From Octopus vulgaris (Eukaryota), in contig OX597823.1 of the NCBI GenBank assembly GCA_951406725.2, positions 75,826,001-75,890,000 on the forward strand: a stretch of DNA of 64,000 nt. Reading direction: 5' to 3'. A model generated the notes under the pieces. It ran no database searches. It saw only the letters and a program-made list of their open reading frames with translations, and had not been told where the DNA came from. Both the position numbers and the translations under genes were made by a program. Shown one piece after another: positions 55,330-64,000 of this stretch (the first letter of the stretch is position 1; each line of letters begins with the position of its first letter).

Positions 55330-55800
55330 TACGTTAGACTACACAGCGGAATTGTATATCCATCATCGAAAGCGGTTTCTGTGTGTGGCTGGAGAGAGAG
55401 AATTAAGTGCATTTTACGAACTTTTGTCAGTCGTTTCGGAATGTCCAAAGAAATGAAAATTCACTAGGATGAAACTTCGCGTGTGACGAAAAGAAATAGG
55501 CATTCAATCAGGTGTCTTATTGAGAGATACTATGAGATGTTCGAGTACCTGAATCTATTTTCACATGAGTGGGACGTGCTCTATCCTAACATGTTGGGAT
55601 GTAAGAACTAATAGAACATTCACAACCTTAATCCCTGAGTTTACAGATACCTGTAAAGAGGGCAGCGGAGTTTCGAAAGCCGAACATAATATCATTTGAA
55701 GAAGATTACTAACTTCAGCAATGTGTGCAGTGAAAATGTAGGAGATGTGAAGGTGAGCTGATATCTTACTATGAATAGGAGGTTCATGGATAAATACGCA
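55330..55800 (+). mobile_element. Probable gypsy LTR-retrotransposon integrase relic
   Basis: TFVSRFGMSKEMKIH*DE resembles F.SRFG.P..IHSDQG. Downstream caatcaggtgtcttattgagagatac and gagtgggacgtgctc resemble QSDG..ER and DWD..LP. Confidence 0.5.
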
Positions 55801-57149
55801 GAGATATCACATGGTGAAGATTGTTTCAAACCAGATTATTTTCCTTTGACAAAGTCACTTCTGAACTGAAATAGCGAGTGCATAATCTATGTACTTTATT
55901 TTCTGTAAACATCCCTGCGTAGCACATTCTCATTAAGTGGGATTCCCCAGTCGAACATATACCTTTTCGGGGATATGCTTGAGTTTTCTTTGTTATAACG
56001 ACGTTATAAATACTCTATAACTGGAAATCGAGGATTAGTATAATATGTGGATATATGCAGCTCATGCAATTCTCAAGGCTTTAAGTAGTACTTGCCAGTT
56101 GTATGATCAAATATAACATAGAAGCTAATTAATTTCATGTTGGCATCATCAGTTGTATTAATACCAAATTCCTTAGATACGATTATTTAGCTGTTCTAGA
56201 ATTTCGCCAGAATCTAGTCATGTGTAAACCTACTTACAAACCAACACTTTCAAATTTATGAGCAAATATTCTGCTCAATACCTCAGATTTATTTGTCAGG
56301 TGCTTGACCTTAACCACTTGAGCATGTCAATACATGCATTTCTGACTATGAGTAGGCCCAGTGGGGGAGCATCATAGCCAGGTGTTCAGAGAGGGTTTCT
56401 TTAAGGTTTGAATAAATGTAACAACAGCAAAGTTCGAAGGAAATATTAGGCACTTATCATACTGTCTAGGAGTAGGCAAATAGGAAATAAATGTTGACAA
56501 CAAGGGACAAAAATCTTTCGTGTTACACTGTGTAATTAGTAATGAAATTGAAATTGAAATCTTTGGAGATAAATGTAACTACTACTTGGCCATTTGCCCG
56601 AATTTCTTTGATATATTTTGGTTAGCTGACTAAGGACTTGTGTTTTTCCTTCAAATTCATTTACACAGAATCAGTACTTAAGGTCTAGTTAAGTGTAACA
56701 ACCTTAATGTTGTCTTAATGCGTAATAACTCTAAGAACAATGTCGATTCAAATAATATCTGATATCCAAGGAAAGAGAAAGAGAGTTAACTTGTTTTATG
56801 CATTATAGTCTTGCACGCAATAATTATAGTTATCCTCGTGATATAATATATTCACTGCAGTCAACTAGAATATTTCGAATACAGCTAAATGTGAATGCTT
56901 TCACATGGTAGAAGTAAAATTCAATGTACTAATAGATTTATATTATCAATTCTTGCTTTATAAACACTTACAAAAGAGAAAAGTGTTGGAAATACTATAA
57001 ATACAAGAAAAATATTTCTCCTACATTACAGGCGTAAGCGTGGCAGCGTAGTAAGAAATGTCTTTCGCCCCAAAAATTCTTCTGGGTTCACTCTCATTGC
57101 TGGAACCTTGGGCAAGTGTTTTCTACTATAGCCTGCGTCCAACTAAACT

Positions 57150-58642
<1,493 letters not shown>

Positions 58643-60081
58643 CGTATGTATGCATATATGTATGTATGTTTTATATAAATTATGTGTGCGTCTTTGTCTT
58701 GTTTGTCTCTCACCACCATTTCACAACCACTGTTGGTGTATTTACGTCTGTTACTCAGCAGTTTAGTAAAAAGCCCCAGTAAAATACGTACATGACTTCA
58801 AAACTTAAAGTACTGGCCTCGACTAGTTCGACTAAAGACTTCGAGGTGGTGCCCTAGGTGGCCGAAGCCTGAAAAAACTAAGAGAATAAAAGAATTACAT
58901 CTTGAAATTTTAAAACACTGAACGGCATAATAGATAATTGTAGTATTGAATTCTTCTAAAATATCAACATTTTCAAAGAGAGAATGCATTCGATCACAAA
59001 TTAGTTTGCCGTAGGCTAAAAAGCAACAGGTGTTCGTGATTGGAAGATATGTGTGATACATTGCACGACTTTCAGTCGTGAAAATATATTATGAATTAGA
59101 TAATCTGATTGCCAGTTGTCTTACCTACAGTGACGTGAAAGCACTCCACGAACATACGAATTAACTTCTAATTCTGATAGTGTTTGTGTGGGTACCATAT
59201 TTCACATCTAGATGTTTCTTCTTGAGTTCGTATACCTTTCGTCTGTTTAAAAGGGCAGAATCGATAGTTCTACATGCTATATTTCCCCAAGTTGAAAGAA
59301 TTACAATTACTTCATGCAAAGACGTTAGAAGCTGTAAAATAATGATAATATAGACGCATATATACATATAGCGTTACAGTAAACTCAAATATTTTGACAA
59401 TTCCTTTAAGTATGTGCACATGTGTCCGTGTGTGTGGGTGCTTGTTAGCATGTATGCGTGTGTGTTTCTGTGTAGGTGTGTATTTATATGTATTCACGCA
59501 CATATATGTACACACACACAAACACACACACACACACACACACACGCACTCGCACATATATTGTTCTTCTCAAAGACACTACAACCGAAGTGTGCTTCGC
59601 CCGACAACTCCAGGTTTCTGTCCTGTATTACATTAGCTTCAGCTTTGTTAGTTCTTCAATATCATGCTGCGTATCTGTGAACAATAACAATGTATTTGAT
59701 TGTATTTCTCTTCATCATCTTTTTAGATGCGGGCATCTCGAAAATATAATAGCATTCATTGATATTGCAGTGACCGGCAAAGCCTAACCAATACTGGGGA
59801 AGAATAGCAGAGAGGAGCAGAGCCTGTTTGTAAACATAAGTCTCTGTTTGTCTAATGCTCAAATAGGAAGATATCAAAGCCTTCTTCAAAACCTAACGCT
59901 TTTCTCAAAGAGGTCACTAGTGTCAATTTCTTTGGATTTGTTCAAAGTATTGTGTGTGTTGTTCAGAACCTTTTCAAAAGTAGGTATTGTACGTACCGAA
60001 ATACCTATATATCTATATATACCTATATGTATTTATATCTATTTCTATCAATCTATCTATTTCTCTCTTCTCTCTCTCCCC

Positions 60082-60152
<71 letters not shown>

Positions 60153-60322
60153 CATATGCCTATCTACCCATCCATTATATCCACTCATCTATCCATCCAT
60201 CCACCCATCCATCTATTTATGTATCTAGCAATCCATTGAGAGAGGGAGAGAGTGAGAGAGGGAGGAAAAGAATATAAAAAACTTGAGATTTAATTATTTA
60301 TTAATAAGGTGATACTTCATAC

Positions 60323-60417
60323 TTCCTACAACTGTTTCAGTTTTACTCATTGAATAAATTACAATCTCATTCTTTAAATTTGCAGTTATAAGATATGAAC
60401 ACAATATCTTCGGGGAA
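60323..60417 (-). ncRNA. Decayed hammerhead motif in a PLE-type terminal region
   Basis: Minus: ttcc CCGAAGA ...t GAAAC agtt GTA ggaa. Stem I perfect, core U4>C, stem II poor. Confidence 0.55.
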
Positions 60418-60999
60418 AAACATGGGGAAAAGATATGCAATAAAAAATTACATATTGACCTCTTAGTTCATACAGGCAGATTAATATATGGAGTTATTTT
60501 ATTTTTATTATTGTGTGTGCATGATGATAAAAGGATTAATTTGAATATGAGAAATAAAGTATAATAAATAATGAGGTAGAATAAAATAAAATAATACAAA
60601 AATAAATACAATAAAAATAAAAGGTATAAAATATAAAATAAATAAGGCAAATATAAAAATAAGATAAATAAATAAGTAAAAACAGAACAGAAATAAAATA
60701 TGATACAACTGATTCTATGTATTAATCAGTGCCCATTAATTAGAGAAATTTGAATAATTAAAATTTATTTATTTACTGCTTTAATAATAAATAAAAAGGA
60801 GTACACTTGTAAAAAGGGGATTTATGAAATTGATACATCTTTAAAAGTTATACCTATACGACCAAAGAAAAAATATATGAAGAACCTAATTACAAAATCT
60901 AATGAATTCATCCATAGACTCCGATGTATATCTTTTCACTTTGACTCTACACCTGATACTAAAAGTTGAAATATAAATAGGGAAATGGAACACATAACC

Positions 61000-61202
61000 A
61001 ACTGCGCCGTAATTTTTCTTGGGGTGCCAGTCCTTTGACGCTCTTTATATTCACCAGTCTCCTAGTATAACTTCCACGCTTGCACGCAAGCCGTTTTACT
61101 GCACTTAAGTTGCTTGCTGATATTCGAAATGGAAACTTTTTGCTGGTGGAGTAATACGATTTTTGTTCTCGTGACTGGACTGAGGCTACATCGTTTTCCC
61201 AT
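61000..61202 (-). mobile_element. Tc1-like transposase N-terminal (HTH) fragment
   Basis: MGKRCSLSPVTRTKIVLLHQQKVSISNISKQLKCSKTACVQAWKLY*ETGEYKERQRTGTPRKIT; GTPRK matches the GRPRK motif; one stop codon. Confidence 0.8.
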
Positions 61203-62009
61203 TATTAATTAATTGAATAATAACGTTAAATTATAACACTATATAGTGCAGTTAGGCTAGTTGTGTTACCATCCATTAAGGCAAAAAAACTTTGCCGGTA
61301 AATTTGAAATGTTTATATTAATTTAGCATTAGAATTCTTCAAGCATAATGTGTAAAAGATAAAATTAATTTGTATGGTGTTAGTAACAAAATATTTTGTA
61401 AGAAATAGAACATTTTATCATCGGTCTTAAATTTATTTTCGCCAGTGTGGGGTAATATCAAACTATATAATATACTATTCATATAATATCCTCTAACATG
61501 AAGGAGACACATTACCTATGGATACAACAGGCTAGCGTTGTTGAAAGGTTTCATAATTATATCTGTAAACATTAATTGAGATAAGTATTACTAAGTATAA
61601 CACTCATGATAATACTATATTCGAGTAAATTACCTTCAATTAACAACTAAAATCCTAACAATATCTTAAACAATGGTTAATAATAAGTATTAACTATTTT
61701 ACTGAGATTAACTTAATCACCACGTATTGAATAGCTTTTGTAACAATTTCTATAAACATAAGAATAAATAACATAACACATTCCTACCTATAACTAACAC
61801 ACCAGGCTTTATATATTGATATCTAACTAAATACCTATAACTTATCTTTTGGGACTAATATCCTGCGTTATTATTAATTTTAAACGATAATTAACAATAA
61901 TTATTAATTAAATATGGATTAACTACATTTCCATATATTGATAATATGCTTAAATTCTTTCTACAAACTACATTTATGATGACGTAATGCAAATGAACTC
62001 TCTCTATAT

Positions 62010-62390
62010 ATAGTTCTATATTTAAGAGATGGGGAATTATGTACACTATTTACATTATTTATATTTGACGGATAGTTGTCCTCATCTTGTTTGTTGTTAA
62101 CACAACGTTTCGGCTGATACAACTTCCAGCCTTCATCAGGCATCTTGGGAAAATTTCGAACCAGGGTTCTCATTCCTAAGGTATTCTTCGATGTTATTAG
62201 TATTATTATTATTATTATTATTATCATTATTATTATTATTATTGTTATTATTAGTATTATTGTTATTATTATTATTGTTATTATTATTATTATTACTATT
62301 ATTATTATTCATGTCACTGTCACAGCTTGGAATCGAACACGGAGTCTAAGGGTTTGTAGCTTGCACTCTTAACAACTACCCCATACGCAC
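62010..62390 (-). mobile_element. tRNA-headed SINE-like element carrying a hammerhead ribozyme
   Basis: Minus order: A-box-like TGGGGTAGTTGTTAAG, B-box GTGTTCGATTCC (62329-62340), (AAT)n spacer, HHR, then AT-rich tail. Confidence 0.7.
62099..62144 (-). ncRNA. Minimal type I hammerhead ribozyme
   Basis: gatgc CTGATGA a GGCTG gaagttgtat CAGCC GAAAC GTT gtgtt. Palindromic AACGTT stem III. Confidence 0.8.
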
Positions 62391-62709
62391 ACAGGCATAT
62401 AAACAACTACAATAGAACTAAAGGTGTTAATTCGTATATATATGTATAATCATATAACTTATTTACGTATCTTCGTGCGTGTATTTGCGCATCTGTGCAT
62501 TTATGTATACATTTATATATGTGCATGTGTATTGATACAAGCGTATATATATATATTATTACTCTGAGTCTTTTATTACCATACAATTCCACGCACACGC
62601 ATATTTTTTATATTATTTATTTGATGCTTTTTATTTCTATTATATATATAAAATATATATATATATATACACACATATATATATACATACATATATATAT
62701 GTATATATG

Positions 62710-62751
<42 letters not shown>

Positions 62752-62777
62752 TATATGCGTGTGTATATGTATATGGT

Positions 62778-63020
62778 GGAGGCGCGTGACTTAGTGGTTA
62801 GGGTGTCAGCGTCATGATCGTAAGATTGTTGTTTCGATTCCTGGACAGGGCGGAGCGTTGTGTTTTTGAGCATACAAAACACTCCATTTCAAGTTGCTCC
62901 AGTTCACTCAGGTGGTAAAAATGAGTAACGCTGCGATGGACTGGCATCCCGTCCAGCTGTGGAACATATACGCCATAGAAACCGGGGAACCGGGTCCATT
63001 AGCCTGGCTAAGCTTTAAAA

Positions 63021-63022
<2 letters not shown>
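62778..63022 (+). mobile_element. tRNA-derived SINE family D
   Basis: ggaggcgcgtgacttagtggttagg (A-box), gtttcgattcc (B-box) and core gcgatggactggcatcccgtccag. Confidence 0.85.
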
Positions 63023-63062
<40 letters not shown>

Positions 63063-63364
63063 TTATAAGTGATAGATAGATGGTTTTAATCATAAAGGTA
63101 ATGTCTTAGAGAATTTCATCTGGGAACGAAAATGTTGTCAAATGTCATGGAATATCCAGAAAATGCAACTCTTTCGCTTAAAGATTTTACGGCAGAATTG
63201 ATGTGACTTCGGTGAAGGCATTTTGATTCTCAAATAAGATAGAATCAAGCTGATGTGAAATACCCCTAAAACAGTACAAGTTCATGATTTCTTTAGTCAT
63301 AGATAAGAGTGTAATTCCTGTGGTCTATCGTTAAAATGTTTCAAGATCAACATTATAAGCTTGT

Positions 63365-63680
63365 TTAGACAATATATTTCTCTATGATCCAGAAACATTG
63401 TATGTAAAGAAATGTCACTATAACTCTAATGGTACTTTCCCCTAGTCTTGACGAGAGAAAGAGCACGTAATTTAGCGAAACATATGGATATATTTTAGCC
63501 ATCTCTTTGGCGGGTACGATTTGCCTATTACTCTTACCATCAACGGCGGAGATACTTGAAATGTTACAGAAGTTAAACACATCTGAACTGCATTTATGTT
63601 ATTAATGGAGGTACATATGATATAACTAAGAACCTTCTGAGTCTCGTGGCTGGGGAGAGGTTGATCATTACGTGTCAAGC
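63365..63680 (-). mobile_element. Possible LINE RT relic
   Basis: Minus frame HFKYLR...CFAKLRAL resembles F.YLGS...AF.KL; many stops. Confidence 0.3.
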
Positions 63681-64000
63681 TGAAATGCATCCAAGTTGCG
63701 ACAGTGAGAAGAAGAGTGAAGAGATGTGACCATTATGAAGGAAAATTTTCTGGTGTATTTTCTTTCAGATTTAACAACAATATTCAATCGATATTTGACA
63801 AAAGTAATACGAATATTGTTTATTGTTATGAAATAAAACAATAAGCTCATTATTAGCTACAATCTGCGAAAAGGCTATTTCCAATAAACATCGACCTTCG
63901 AAGGATGAAAAAGCAAAATGGAAGCCGATGGGATTTCTTTCGTTTTATCTCTATTGTGACAATAAGGGAATGTATAGAGGATTCGAAAGAATTTTATCTA

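Noticed and set aside
62325-62390. tRNA gene (also considered for the other SINE heads)
   Set aside because: A and B boxes are present, but there is no complete cloverleaf and the heads run into SINE bodies.

Overview
AT-rich, microsatellite-dense eukaryotic DNA. The SINE families and repeat landscape resemble an octopus/coleoid cephalopod genome (inference from recognition, not a search). I find no supportable host protein-coding exon; most ORF-track entries are microsatellite or low-complexity artefacts. The window is a mosaic of decayed mobile DNA: Penelope-like elements (PLE; RT and GIY-YIG remnants), R4/Dong and RTE LINE fragments, Tc1/mariner transposase fossils, a probable gypsy integrase relic and at least four tRNA-derived SINE families. 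The main unannotated signal is a set of about a dozen type I hammerhead-ribozyme (HHR) motifs (CUGANGA...GAAAC-palindrome-GUH) in short elements, several inserted into (TA)n tracts as head-to-head inverted pairs. The best case (34392-35298) is two near-identical, circularly permuted copies of a ~494-nt HHR unit, which suggests a retrozyme-like circular or multimeric RNA template. A second case (62010-62390) is a tRNA-headed SINE carrying a hammerhead. All alignments and folds were done by eye, so coordinates are approximate to a few bases.
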